A stretch of DNA of 64,000 bases from Psychromonas sp. (lineage in GTDB: Bacteria; Pseudomonadota; Gammaproteobacteria; Enterobacterales; Psychromonadaceae): positions 2,261-66,260 of the forward strand of contig JBLHWW010000001.1 of assembly GCA_047629075.1 (NCBI GenBank), written 5' to 3'. The notes under the pieces are model-generated. The model was not told where the DNA came from, ran no database searches, and saw only the letters and a program-made list of their open reading frames with translations. The translations under genes and the position numbers were made by a program. Position 1 is the stretch's first letter, and every line of letters begins with the position of its first letter. This document shows positions 20,857-30,235 of the stretch, in pieces.

Positions 20857-21123
20857 ATGAGTAAAATTAACATGGCAATAACGTGTGGTATTTCCACATC
20901 TGTATTTTTGGCTTTGGTCATTTCCGTTGGTCTCATCACTAATTGGGATTGGCAGATAATTAGTAATTTATCCGTTTTGATTCCCATATTATCATTACTG
21001 TTTTTTTCACTGTACCTTATTATAGCCACGGCAACACTTAAAATAGCTACATTAATATTAAGAACATACCGTCATCGGCAAGTGTCAACCACCAAAAACA
21101 AAACAGAGCGAGATCGAAAATGA
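20857..21123 (+). CDS. Small membrane protein
   Basis: Two hydrophobic segments; 3' end runs through the cassette leader motif. Confidence 0.55.
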   Translation: MSKINMAITCGISTSVFLALVISVGLITNWDWQIISNLSVLIPILSLLFFSLYLIIATATLKIATLILRTYRHRQVSTTKNKTERDRK

Positions 21124-21701
21124 CAGCAGCAACAATTACAAAGCAAAAATTATTAAACCTTGGCGCACACCAGGGCTTAATCAGCCGGTTTATCGAACAA
21201 ACAGGCAACACCGATCAGCCAGTTGATATCCTAAGTTTAATCGGCGCAGAGAACGCCACGGATGATCTTTTATGGTTAGCAGGGCAAACCCTCCCGAAAA
21301 TCAAGATTGTACAGTTTGCCGTGGAATGTGCTGAAAGTGTGTTGCATCTCAACAGTGATCCCAGAGCTATTGCTGCGATCCAATCGGCAAAGGACTGGTT
21401 AGAGGAACCATCCGAAGAAAATAGGCTGTTAGCTCGTGAGGCTTTTACTTATGCTAATAATGCTACTTATGATACTGATGCTGCCCGTGCTGCATATTAT
21501 GCGGCTAATGCTGCTGCGGCTGATAATGCTTATGCTGCTATTAATACTGCTTATGCTGCTGCGGCTGCTGCGTGTGCTGTAGAGGCTAATGATGCCGCTA
21601 ATTATGCTAATGCTGCTGCTATTTATGCTAATGCTTATGCTGATTATGCGGAATCAAATGAAGTGGTTCAAACCTCACTCATGAATCTATTTTCAGAATA
21701 A
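21120..21701 (+). CDS. Imm5-like Ala-rich cassette protein, copy 1
   Basis: Core VQFAVECAESVLHL..DPRAIAAIQSAKDWL; Ala/Tyr/Asn-rich segment; ends SLMNLFSE. Confidence 0.9.
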   Translation: MTAATITKQKLLNLGAHQGLISRFIEQTGNTDQPVDILSLIGAENATDDLLWLAGQTLPKIKIVQFAVECAESVLHLNSDPRAIAAIQSAKDWLEEPSEENRLLAREAFTYANNATYDTDAARAAYYAANAAAADNAYAAINTAYAAAAAACAVEANDAANYANAAAIYANAYADYAESNEVVQTSLMNLFSE

Positions 21702-21714
21702 ACCGATCAACCAC

Positions 21715-21737
21715 AAGCCCCTTAATTGGGGCTTTTT
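21715..21737 (+). terminator. Intrinsic terminator after cassette copy 1
   Basis: AAGCCCC-TTAATT-GGGGCTT followed by T-run. Confidence 0.7.
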
Positions 21738-21781
21738 GGGTAGTAATGCACTAATCAAAAACACAAAAAGGTAAAGTCATA

Positions 21782-22333
21782 ATGGAACAAATTAACTACA
21801 AAAACCGGACAGAGCAAGTCCGAGATCTCATAGCCAACGCCGACATAAACACCGAAAAATACGCGGTAGATATATTAAACCCGGGCAGAAAGAACGCGAG
21901 CTTTGTGGGCTATTACGTCAGCCCAGACGGCATGAAAACTCTAATGATACGTGTACCTCTAAACACAGATGGTGTAGCTTGCAATATTAAGCGCTGGCTA
22001 GGGGTTTTCGGCAAGACCAAAACACCGTGTGCAGCGCCAAATCCAGAGCAAGCGCCGGCAGATGTTGGCATGGGGAAAATAATAGCCCCGATCAATACTG
22101 AATCACTAGTGCCAGCTGATAACAAATCACGAGGGGCGTTGAAGCGTGATCAGACGTTAGATAAACAACCAGTTGCTTGGATATTGCTAGAGCAACATTG
22201 CAGGGCGGTAGATGATTGTGAAGACGTGCCGGTGCTTTGCTTCGCTAGCGAGATTAGCGAGACAGAACTTAATAAATACATTGAATCTGGCCGGGCTACG
22301 CCGCTTTACACCAAGCATGGAGCAGCATCATGA
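21782..22333 (+). CDS. Hypothetical protein
   Basis: 183 aa; C-terminal PVAW...TPLYT motif common in phage accessory proteins. Confidence 0.65.
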   Translation: MEQINYKNRTEQVRDLIANADINTEKYAVDILNPGRKNASFVGYYVSPDGMKTLMIRVPLNTDGVACNIKRWLGVFGKTKTPCAAPNPEQAPADVGMGKIIAPINTESLVPADNKSRGALKRDQTLDKQPVAWILLEQHCRAVDDCEDVPVLCFASEISETELNKYIESGRATPLYTKHGAAS

Positions 22334-22563
22334 GTTTACCAGAAGCGTTAAATACTGATAGTGACAATGCTGCACTGATTGATCAGGTTAAAGGGTTTTT
22401 GAGGGACTGGGTGCTAGATGATTTTGACGCCGACAAATGCCTTGCCATGATCCGGACTGGCATTGCCAGTGAAGCTTACGGCCGCCAAATAGCACTAATG
22501 GCTACGCTCTTGTTTGAGATTGGTGTTGTGCGAGATAGTTTTAAAGAGGCGCTAGACCAGTGA
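22330..22563 (+). CDS. Hypothetical protein
   Basis: ATGA coupled, GGAG RBS. Confidence 0.65.
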   Translation: MSLPEALNTDSDNAALIDQVKGFLRDWVLDDFDADKCLAMIRTGIASEAYGRQIALMATLLFEIGVVRDSFKEALDQ

Positions 22564-22754
22564 GCAGCAATCAAAAATACCTACATCTTATCGGTGATAG
22601 TCACAACGACGACGCCCCGCTTGGCGTTGATGCCGATGGCTGGGGCAGTATGAGCCAGGAGCAGCGCAAAGAATTAGTCAGTGAAGTTGCCCGTAATATT
22701 TACGATGAACACGATTTAACACTGTTTAAAGTGATCCAAGACAGTGAAGACTAA
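22560..22754 (+). CDS. Hypothetical protein
   Basis: GTGA coupled. Confidence 0.6.
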   Translation: MSSNQKYLHLIGDSHNDDAPLGVDADGWGSMSQEQRKELVSEVARNIYDEHDLTLFKVIQDSED

Positions 22755-22874
22755 GCGCTTGTTTTTAAATACACTACGCCAATTATCGCAAATTACATTT
22801 GATTGGTGTATTTACATTAATAAAATGTAGGTCTATAATTGAATCTACTTAAATACATCAACAGGTCTGTTTAT

Positions 22875-23069
22875 ATGACAAGTAAAGGCGGGCCTGGCAG
22901 AGGTCAAGGAAACAAACGATTACCCGAGGGTAGTCGCAAGATATCTAAAACATTTAGGCTTAAACCTGGTGTAGTGGAGCTTCTTAAGTCTATATCAAAA
23001 GAAAATTCACAGTCTCAGGCTGCAATAATTGAACAGGCTGTAATGGCACAACACGGAGAAATCAAATGA
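22875..23069 (+). CDS. Small ribbon-helix-helix-like DNA-binding protein
   Basis: KGGPGRGQGNK...KTFRL...SQAAIIEQAV; likely start ATG 22875. Confidence 0.6.
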   Translation: MTSKGGPGRGQGNKRLPEGSRKISKTFRLKPGVVELLKSISKENSQSQAAIIEQAVMAQHGEIK

Positions 23070-23125
23070 CAGGTAAAGAAATAGCGATTTCACTTCATTT
23101 CGTAAAATTATAAGGGCACTGACAA

Positions 23126-23563
23126 ATGGCGATCTATTTACCAAATACTAAAAACTTCACTGCACAAGAACTGGTTCCACCAGAGGTATTTAAGCTCATT
23201 GATGCACACCACATACACCAACTATTTAAACCGGGTTTATTGCAAACCTTATACAAGGTACGTGAGACATTTGGTTCCACTACAGTAAACACGTGGCATC
23301 ATTCTGACGATGGTCACACAGGGCATAGATACAGAGGCTATCGGCCTTTAGATTGCTTGATTGGTGCAAAATCCAGCCAACACAAATTTGGTGCCGCTGT
23401 TGATTGCGTATTTTCAGGAGTGACAGCGGAAGAATCCCGCCAGTACATTTTAAAGAATCCTGACAAATTCCCAGCAATAACGACGATAGAAGGCCAAGTA
23501 AATTGGCTGCATTTTGATATTCGTCCGCGCACCACTGATAAAATTTTTGTCTTCAACCCATGA
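23126..23563 (+). CDS. Peptidase M15-family endolysin
   Basis: RGYR...SQHKFGAAVD...WLHFD zinc-peptidase motifs. Confidence 0.85.
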   Translation: MAIYLPNTKNFTAQELVPPEVFKLIDAHHIHQLFKPGLLQTLYKVRETFGSTTVNTWHHSDDGHTGHRYRGYRPLDCLIGAKSSQHKFGAAVDCVFSGVTAEESRQYILKNPDKFPAITTIEGQVNWLHFDIRPRTTDKIFVFNP

Positions 23564-23703
23564 GGTCAATATGCAACACATGAGATCTAAATTATTCTGC
23601 GAGGCTGAGCGTATAAAGTAGGTTATAGATAACCCAAGGCCTAAAAATATGCCTTGGCAAGCGCTGAGTATCGTATCAAAACTTAAAGTAAAAAAGGCAA
23701 AAA

Positions 23704-23952
23704 ATGGCAACTTTAAATGAAGCGCGTAAATTTCTTAATGAGATTTGTCCAGGTGCAACAATCGAAAAGGTTAATCAAGAGGGCGATATATCCGCTTTTA
23801 TGACGTTGGCAGGTGAATATTTATTTTACGGCCAAAATAAAAATCATGAATTTCATAAAGACCCCGGCTGGTCAATGGCTAAATTTTGGAGCGAATTGAT
23901 AGAAGAGATTGATAACAGTACCATTGAAAAGTCACCTGACACTTTGCAATAG
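23704..23952 (+). CDS. Hypothetical protein
   Basis: 82 aa ORF. Confidence 0.6.
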   Translation: MATLNEARKFLNEICPGATIEKVNQEGDISAFMTLAGEYLFYGQNKNHEFHKDPGWSMAKFWSELIEEIDNSTIEKSPDTLQ

Positions 23953-24008
23953 TGAATGGCATTACTGCATCGACAAGTAGCCAAAACAAAACAGAAAGAG
24001 GATTCATA

Positions 24009-24482
24009 ATGAAAATTACGCAACAACAATTAGTAGATCTCGGTGCGTGTAAGCCGGGTTTTGATCGGTTTATCGAACAAACAGGCAATACGGATCAGCC
24101 AGTTAAAATATTGAACTTGATCGGTGGGAAAAATACCACGGATGATCTTTTATGGTTCGCTGGTGAAACATTACCAAAAATGAAGATTGTAATATTTGCC
24201 GTTGAATGCGCTGAAAGTGTGTTGCATCTACACACCGATCCACGTGTTCTTGCTGCTATCCAAGCGGCCAGGGATTGGATAAAGGAACCGTCCGAGGTGC
24301 ATAGATTAAACGCCCGTGATGCCGCTGATAATGCCGGTGATAATGCTCCTTCTGCTGCTGCTTATGCTGCTGCTTATACTTCTTCAAATGTTGTTATCTA
24401 TGCTAGTAATGCTGCTCGTCATGCTAACGCTGCACCTAATGAAGCGGTTAAAACCTCACTGATTCAGCTGTTTTCAGAGTAA
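24009..24482 (+). CDS. Imm5-like Ala-rich cassette protein, copy 2
   Basis: Start re-set to ATG 24009 (GAGG RBS, aligns with paralogues); shortest variable segment. Confidence 0.9.
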   Translation: MKITQQQLVDLGACKPGFDRFIEQTGNTDQPVKILNLIGGKNTTDDLLWFAGETLPKMKIVIFAVECAESVLHLHTDPRVLAAIQAARDWIKEPSEVHRLNARDAADNAGDNAPSAAAYAAAYTSSNVVIYASNAARHANAAPNEAVKTSLIQLFSE

Positions 24483-24627
24483 AACCGATCAACCACAAGC
24501 CCGGCTATCTAATGCCGGGCAAACTAAATTAAACCAATTTTATTTAAAAGTTGCAGTCTGTCATCAGTGTGTTAATATCAATTCATCGGCAAGACGCCGC
24601 AAGCCACTACCAAAAGCGAGAAATAAA
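24483..24627 (+). repeat. Complete cassette spacer module (3' box + hairpin, promoter, leader)
   Basis: AACCGATCAACCACAA, GCCCGGC-TATCTAAT-GCCGGGC (24499-24520), TTTAAAAG-TTGCAG-16 nt-TAATAT with TG extension, TCATCGGCAAGACGCC. Confidence 0.9.
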
Positions 24628-25290
24628 ATGACAGCACCAACAATTACAAAGCAAGAACTAATAAAATTAGGCGCAGACCAGGACCTAATTAGCCGGTTCA
24701 TCGAACAAACCAATAACACCGATCAGCCAGTTGATATCCTAAGTTTAATCGGCGCAGAGAACGCCACGGATGATCTTTTATGGTTAGCCGGTAAAATTCT
24801 CCCAAAAATCAAAATTGTACAGTTTACCGTTGAGTGCGCAGAAAGTTTGTCGCATCTACACACCGATCCCAGTGCTATTGCTGCGATCCAAGCGGCCAGG
24901 GATTGGATATCGGAACATCCCGAGGGGAATAGATTAAAAGCTCGTGATGCTGCTTATGCTGCGGCTAATGCTGCTGCTTCTGCTGCTGCTTCTGCTGCGG
25001 CTTATACTGCGGCTAATGCTGCGGCTAATGCTGCTGCTTATACTGCTGCTTCTGCTGCGGCTTATACTGCGGCTAATGCTGCGGCTAATGCTGCTGCTTA
25101 TACTGCGGCTTATGCTGCTGCTTCTGCTGCTGCGGCTAATGCTGCTAATACTGCTATCTATGCCGCTTATGCTGCTTCAAATGCTGCTGTTAATGCTGCT
25201 TACGCTGCTTATGCTGCTAGTGCTGCTGCTGATTATGCTGCATCAAATGAAGTGGTTCGGGCCTCGCTGATCAAGATGTTTTCAGAATAA
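24628..25290 (+). CDS. Imm5-like Ala-rich cassette protein, copy 3
   Basis: Longest copy; 60-bp tandem unit at 24961-25106. Confidence 0.9.
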   Translation: MTAPTITKQELIKLGADQDLISRFIEQTNNTDQPVDILSLIGAENATDDLLWLAGKILPKIKIVQFTVECAESLSHLHTDPSAIAAIQAARDWISEHPEGNRLKARDAAYAAANAAASAAASAAAYTAANAAANAAAYTAASAAAYTAANAAANAAAYTAAYAAASAAAANAANTAIYAAYAASNAAVNAAYAAYAASAAADYAASNEVVRASLIKMFSE

Positions 25291-25337
25291 ACGGAGTAAC
25301 CACGATCCCTTGATAATCTTTAATTTACGTTGAGCAG

Positions 25338-25367
25338 ATTGAGTTTGAAATTAATTTCAAACTCAAT
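25338..25367. repeat. Perfect 30-bp palindrome
   Basis: ATTGAGTTTGAAATT/AATTTCAAACTCAAT with no spacer. Confidence 0.9.
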
Positions 25368-25533
25368 TATACTTAAAGTATTGACACAGACCGGAACCTT
25401 TTAGGGGTGTTGATGTCGGAGGAAACTTTCCCAGCCTGTGTGCGGGATATTGAAAGGCAACGCCGGATTTGATTTTATTCTATAAAAAAGCGCATTAACA
25501 ATGCTCTTTTTTGTTGCAAGATACAGTATCCGT

Positions 25534-25899
25534 TTATTTACTGCCCCATCTATGCGGCCTATGCCTATCCTGATGATTCAATCTTTTAAATCCATCAATT
25601 AGCATTTCATTTGCGCAGTTAATTACATCAGGTTCTAATTTCTTGTTATTTTTCCGATTGACTTTGTAATGAACACCACGAATGTCATACCAATACTGAC
25701 CAATTTTAGAGTAAACGTGACCCTCAATACAGTCATGCCAGATCTCATGATTGGCTTGCCCTACAATGTTTCTTAATATTAGACTAAACCGGTAGCACTC
25801 ACCTTCAGTATAGAGCCTGACGGCATCAGGATTACTATCTCGTATAGCGCCTATAATGGCAACAAGATGTTTTTTTGTTGGTTTATTGAACGCCATCAT
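25534..25899 (-). CDS. Hypothetical phage protein
   Basis: 121 aa; YTEGECYRF...GHVYSKI...YDIRG. Confidence 0.7.
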   Translation of the reverse strand: MMAFNKPTKKHLVAIIGAIRDSNPDAVRLYTEGECYRFSLILRNIVGQANHEIWHDCIEGHVYSKIGQYWYDIRGVHYKVNRKNNKKLEPDVINCANEMLIDGFKRLNHQDRHRPHRWGSK

Positions 25900-26145
25900 A
25901 AAGCCTCTTTGCTTTTGAATGAATTGAGTTTGACTTTTTATTTATCTGATCGTAAAAATAGCGTGGCCGAATATCTCACCCTAAATAGTTTTAAATATTA
26001 AGCCAGTAAATACAATCGTGTATTACTGGCCCTTCGCAAAGTTTTAACCCTGTGTTTATATACCCCTGACCTTATCACATTATATTGTTTAGCTTTGATT
26101 GATTCAAAGTGATACCAACCAATATAATAGACTTTAATTCCAAGC

Positions 26146-27756
26146 CTACTTAAATTTAGGTCCAAAAACTGCTTTTTTACGGCCTAAAATAGTAACAGCT
26201 GCATATCTGAATGCGTCTGCCCCGTGTGATGACCAATCATGTAACGGTTGATCACGCCAGCATTCGCCTTTATCATTCCATGCTTTTCGGTATGCCTCCA
26301 GTGCTTTAATTCCAAGCTCGCAGGTCTTTTCGTCAAAAACCGATTTATCTAAAAGTTTCCTGGCGTGATTTATACCCTGATCAACACCCAGCTTTGGCAC
26401 TGTCTGAAATATTATTTTATACAATTGCCCGTCATCATCTAAATCAAACCCTATTGCGGCCACTTGTTTAGTTGTTTTTGCTCCAGTAGCTGAAAATTGC
26501 CTATTGTCGATATCATGGGGGCCGTAGTGAGTGCCATACGTGTACTTCTTGGCAATCCCTCTATTCCTGATGTATTTAGCGTAATGATCCAAACCTTCAC
26601 CGCTGTTTTCATAGTAATCAACAAAATGAATTTGATTGTTAATTTCTTGCCAAAACCAAATTGCAGTTGAATCACCTACGCCCAGATCCCATGCTGTATT
26701 AACCCTAGCGTCATTGCCAAATCCTGAGCAAATACGTTTTTCTTTGTGTATTTCGGTAAATTGAGTTTTATAGTAAGCGCCTTGAATGGTTTTTTCAAAC
26801 GCTTCTTCAGGTGTTGTTGGGTATTCCTGCCGCATCTCATCCCGTAGAGTGTTCCATTTACCAGAATACCAAGCTCTTCGATCGTCATTAATAACTATAC
26901 CAAGCGTAGCTTCTAGATTATCAAAGTAAGGGATCAGCGTTTGCGCTATGTCGCCGCCCGGTAAAATATATTCTTCCCTCTGGAACCAGCTGTAAAAATG
27001 CCCCTTCCAATCGAGATTTGATAACACTTTTTGAAGCCTCACATTTTTTAGGCCGTCCTGACAGATTTCATAATAATAACCCTCCCGCCCATCTGCTGTA
27101 GACTCCAGGGTTATACTTCCGTTGACTGGTACAGCCTCAAACGCACCGCTGATTATCTCTTTTGCAACGTCTGGGCTATTCCTGCATATTTTTCCAAATT
27201 CAGACACGTGTAAATCATCCAGTGTATCACCCCGGTACCCTGTGCTGACCTCTACACTGGATCCGTTAGAAAATACATATGAGTTACTAGTGTCTGATTT
27301 TGCTAATGGCAGCTCATACCCCATTTCTGAGATGATCTCTCGCTGCACCTGGGTTATTGACTCAAACGCGAATTTTATTTTATTGCGGAATATTTTTTTG
27401 GCGTCATCCATTTTATGACATATAACACCGGAGGCAAAATTAGCAACAAACAAACAACTGTCCAAGTTTTGAATCATTTTAAACGTAGTAAAACCTAATT
27501 GCCTGACCTTTAAAATAACATCCCTTGTGTGGCTGTTTAGATAGTAGTGTTCCTGTTCTTTGTTTGCTTTAAATGTGATCACTTTGCTTGCGCAATCCTC
27601 GTCCTCGTCCGGGCTTGCCTTTGTCTTTATCTTGTAGAGCGTGTTAATCCTAAACCAGGTGTAGGTCATGGCCTCAGCCATTTGGTCTATATTAAGATCG
27701 CTTACATTGTTTAAATACCAACACGCTTGATTGTGGTTCTCAGTGCTTACTGCCAC
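26146..27756 (-). CDS. terL: Terminase large subunit
   Basis: ILKVRQLGFTT (Walker A), LHVSEFG (Walker B), LESTA, WDLGVGD nuclease motif, HDWSSHGADAFRY. Confidence 0.95.
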   Translation of the reverse strand: MAVSTENHNQACWYLNNVSDLNIDQMAEAMTYTWFRINTLYKIKTKASPDEDEDCASKVITFKANKEQEHYYLNSHTRDVILKVRQLGFTTFKMIQNLDSCLFVANFASGVICHKMDDAKKIFRNKIKFAFESITQVQREIISEMGYELPLAKSDTSNSYVFSNGSSVEVSTGYRGDTLDDLHVSEFGKICRNSPDVAKEIISGAFEAVPVNGSITLESTADGREGYYYEICQDGLKNVRLQKVLSNLDWKGHFYSWFQREEYILPGGDIAQTLIPYFDNLEATLGIVINDDRRAWYSGKWNTLRDEMRQEYPTTPEEAFEKTIQGAYYKTQFTEIHKEKRICSGFGNDARVNTAWDLGVGDSTAIWFWQEINNQIHFVDYYENSGEGLDHYAKYIRNRGIAKKYTYGTHYGPHDIDNRQFSATGAKTTKQVAAIGFDLDDDGQLYKIIFQTVPKLGVDQGINHARKLLDKSVFDEKTCELGIKALEAYRKAWNDKGECWRDQPLHDWSSHGADAFRYAAVTILGRKKAVFGPKFK

Positions 27757-28336
27757 CTTTTAGCCTCTGCTCTAAAGTTAACTCGCCAGTATGCGCTACC
27801 TCTGACTGTGTCGGTTTGTCATATCCCATCAATTTAGCAAGCTGAGCTTTTGCGACTTTTGAATCATGTATTTTTATTTTGAACCCTTCCTTGCCCGCCG
27901 TTAGCTCAGTGATCAGTGATAAATCCGACTCGGATAGCGCGTTAGAACTTTTAAACTGCCATACAGATTGAGTTGTCGGATTACCCTCTTCATCACTAAC
28001 AATCGTATCGCCAAAAGTTATAAGTTTTGATAGGGACCCACGCGCCTGATTAGTCAAGGACCTTGCCATTTCATCGCGGGACATTATAGCGTCATCTACA
28101 CGTCCGTAATGCTCTGACGCCATTGACCCAATGAATGCAACAACATTAAGATTTGATAAGATTTGACTTACGCTGGTTCTTAGTGTCCTGTCTGCCTTTG
28201 CTTTGCCTGATGAGTTTTTATAGGCGTCAACATCGCTCATCCCCTTGATCGAGTTTAATGATATTTCCCTTTGTAACGGAGTTAATTTATCAAACAGATC
28301 TTTTTGCTCCTGCGTCATTTTGAATTGCTTTACCAT
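27740..28336 (-). CDS. terS: Terminase small subunit
   Basis: Overlaps terL start; KIKIHD...A.AQLAKLMGY C-terminal motif. Confidence 0.85.
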   Translation of the reverse strand: MVKQFKMTQEQKDLFDKLTPLQREISLNSIKGMSDVDAYKNSSGKAKADRTLRTSVSQILSNLNVVAFIGSMASEHYGRVDDAIMSRDEMARSLTNQARGSLSKLITFGDTIVSDEEGNPTTQSVWQFKSSNALSESDLSLITELTAGKEGFKIKIHDSKVAKAQLAKLMGYDKPTQSEVAHTGELTLEQRLKGGSKH

Positions 28337-28432
28337 AATGGCCTCGCGCGTTACTTTTTTAATTGTGATAGTTTATTATACACAAATCGCAACAGGAAAC
28401 AAATAACCACATTATAGGCGGAGTTACTTACA

Positions 28433-28711
28433 TTAGGGCACATTGCCATCAGGGTTTTTATACGTCATCGTTAATCCTAACTGACACATTTTAAATTTAA
28501 ATTCAGAACCCGATCCAATGGGGCAATTAATTGAGTAATATTTTTTTTGCTTCGGGTAATTGTCAACCTCAACGCTCCATGTGTTTTTCATATAGCAAAT
28601 TATTTTCGCGACCGTTTTCCTGTGATGATTGTACAACTCACAATGATAGCGCGCATATGGGTTTTTAATCAGTCGGATATTGTCGAAAATTTCATGCGGT
28701 AATAATTTCAC
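28433..28711 (-). CDS. Hypothetical protein
   Basis: 92 aa, GTG start with AGGAAGGA RBS. Confidence 0.6.
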   Translation of the reverse strand: MKLLPHEIFDNIRLIKNPYARYHCELYNHHRKTVAKIICYMKNTWSVEVDNYPKQKKYYSINCPIGSGSEFKFKMCQLGLTMTYKNPDGNVP

Positions 28712-28847
28712 TTTCCTTCCTTATTCTTAACATACAATCCTAAAATTTTATAACCCACTTTTAGACTAATTAAATACCATAAAACCATTGCCATAATCCC
28801 TGTGCGATCAAACATAAATACTGCTTTTTTATGATTTAACCCTTAAT

Positions 28848-28920
28848 ATTTTTGTTATGGCGCAATGCACCGGCTATTCCAGGTCCCACACATCAGAGTG
28901 AATAAAATCTAAATCTTTGG
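28848..28920 (-). repeat. 73-bp direct repeat, copy 1 (copy 2 at 29890-29962)
   Basis: Encodes FIHS(D/E)VWDLE* plus downstream GG(T/C)GCAATGCACC region in both places. Confidence 0.85.
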
Positions 28921-29044
28921 ATTCTTCAAGGTCCGCAAGTTTTTTGCGGACCTTTGTTGCTTTTTCAGTATCGTTGGCGTTTCGATACCATAACGGTTTT
29001 CGGCTGACTAGAGCACCGACTTTCTTTTGCTCAGACATACTCAT
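28874..29044 (-). CDS. Small hypothetical protein sharing C-terminus with 29916..30098
   Basis: Likely start ATG 29044 after GAGG; ends DFIHSDVWDLE. Confidence 0.55.
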   Translation of the reverse strand: MSMSEQKKVGALVSRKPLWYRNANDTEKATKVRKKLADLEESKDLDFIHSDVWDLE

Positions 29045-29055
29045 GATTTTAATCC

Positions 29056-29517
29056 TCATAGTTTATAGAAATACTCAGATGCTCCGGGTCGATATAACCC
29101 GCTGACAGATTGACAAACACTAAATCCTTTTGATTGCAATAATGGCGCTAACTCGGCATTTCGTTCATTTGATACAGTAATCTGAATATTATCACTGTCT
29201 AATGTTGATATTGCCAACCCCATTAAATCATTACCCACGCCCCCACCTCTATATTTCGGCGAAACATAGAATGTACAAATCTTATTTTCTGATATGCTTT
29301 TTTTCAGCAGCGCGACACCTACAATTTCATACCCGTTGTGAGCTAAAACGACCAGCCTCTGACCTGTACCAAGACTGTTACAAAAAGTAAAATTAAACCA
29401 TGATTTAAAATTAGGATAAAGAGGTTCAACGTTAGCTAAAAAACTATATAATGCTGAACGGTCAATTGAGTTCAGTACCTCAAAAGTGAACACTTTCTTT
29501 CGCCGAAATATACTCAT
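29056..29517 (-). CDS. GNAT family acetyltransferase
   Basis: KICTFYVSPKYRGGGVGNDLM acetyl-CoA motif; likely start ATG 29517. Confidence 0.85.
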   Translation of the reverse strand: MSIFRRKKVFTFEVLNSIDRSALYSFLANVEPLYPNFKSWFNFTFCNSLGTGQRLVVLAHNGYEIVGVALLKKSISENKICTFYVSPKYRGGGVGNDLMGLAISTLDSDNIQITVSNERNAELAPLLQSKGFSVCQSVSGLYRPGASEYFYKL

Positions 29518-29618
29518 GATTCTAATTCTCAATTTTTGGTGGTTTTGTTTTACCAGCACCCGTAGGGACGATTAACACTATCTTACCCGCGCAATTGAAA
29601 AAAGTGATTAATGGTGCT

Positions 29619-29876
29619 TTATTCATTGACTGGGTGTTCTAAACGTGTACCTTGATGATGGAACCTGCTATCGTCTATATTTAGCTCGATACCGTGCGCC
29701 TCAAAAACCTCACTATAAAGCGAACTCAACGCCCCCACTGTGAAGTTTTTGTTTGTAGGCCAAACCAACGGGAGCATACAACCTACGCAATGGTTTGCTA
29801 TGGCTCGGTCAGCGTCGGCAACGTCATAAAGTGTACACTCTCTATCCAGTACAACGGTCATAGTTACTGTTCTCAT
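29619..29876 (-). CDS. Hypothetical protein
   Basis: 85 aa, GAGG RBS. Confidence 0.6.
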   Translation of the reverse strand: MRTVTMTVVLDRECTLYDVADADRAIANHCVGCMLPLVWPTNKNFTVGALSSLYSEVFEAHGIELNIDDSRFHHQGTRLEHPVNE

Positions 29877-29915
29877 CGTTTAATCCTCAATTTTTGTTAT
29901 GGTGCAATGCACCGA

Positions 29916-30098
29916 CTATTCCAGGTCCCACACCTCAGAGTGAATAAATTCTAACTCTTTGGCCTTTTCAAGCTCTGACAGCACGTTACGCGCTATACGT
30001 TGCATGGATCTTTTATTGACCCTGCGCCATGCCAACGCTAGAGGTGTGCGCTCGATAAATGTGTCTAATGTATCAGTGTTGTAAGTGCATGATTTCAT
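29916..30098 (-). CDS. Small hypothetical protein downstream of cassette promoter
   Basis: 60 aa; ends EFIHSEVWDLE. Confidence 0.6.
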   Translation of the reverse strand: MKSCTYNTDTLDTFIERTPLALAWRRVNKRSMQRIARNVLSELEKAKELEFIHSEVWDLE

Positions 30099-30133
30099 AA
30101 TGTAAGCCTTGGGGTTGTTTGCTGCGTTTCAGT

Positions 30134-30235
30134 AATTTAATAATAACACACCCAGTGCGGGATGCAACTTTTAAATCAAATTGGTTTAAATTAAATTCCC
30201 GGCAATTAGATAGCCGGGATCGTGGTTGCTCGGTT
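30134..30235 (-). repeat. Cassette spacer module (3' box + hairpin + promoter) between two unrelated genes
   Basis: Minus strand AACCGAGCAACCACGATCCCGGCTATCTAATTGCCGGG...TTAAACCAATTTGATTTAAAAGTTGCA...GTGTGTTATTATT. Confidence 0.9.

Noticed and set aside
24483-24627. Integron attC interpretation of the spacer module
   Set aside because: No RYYYAAC/GTTRRRY core pair or long imperfect palindrome, the module carries its own promoter, and no integron integrase is present
24944-25270. Leu/Met-rich ORF (also 43890..44141 and Ser/Ile-rich 52957..53175)
   Set aside because: Alternative-frame or antisense shadows of the GCT-rich repeats of cassette genes; no independent RBS
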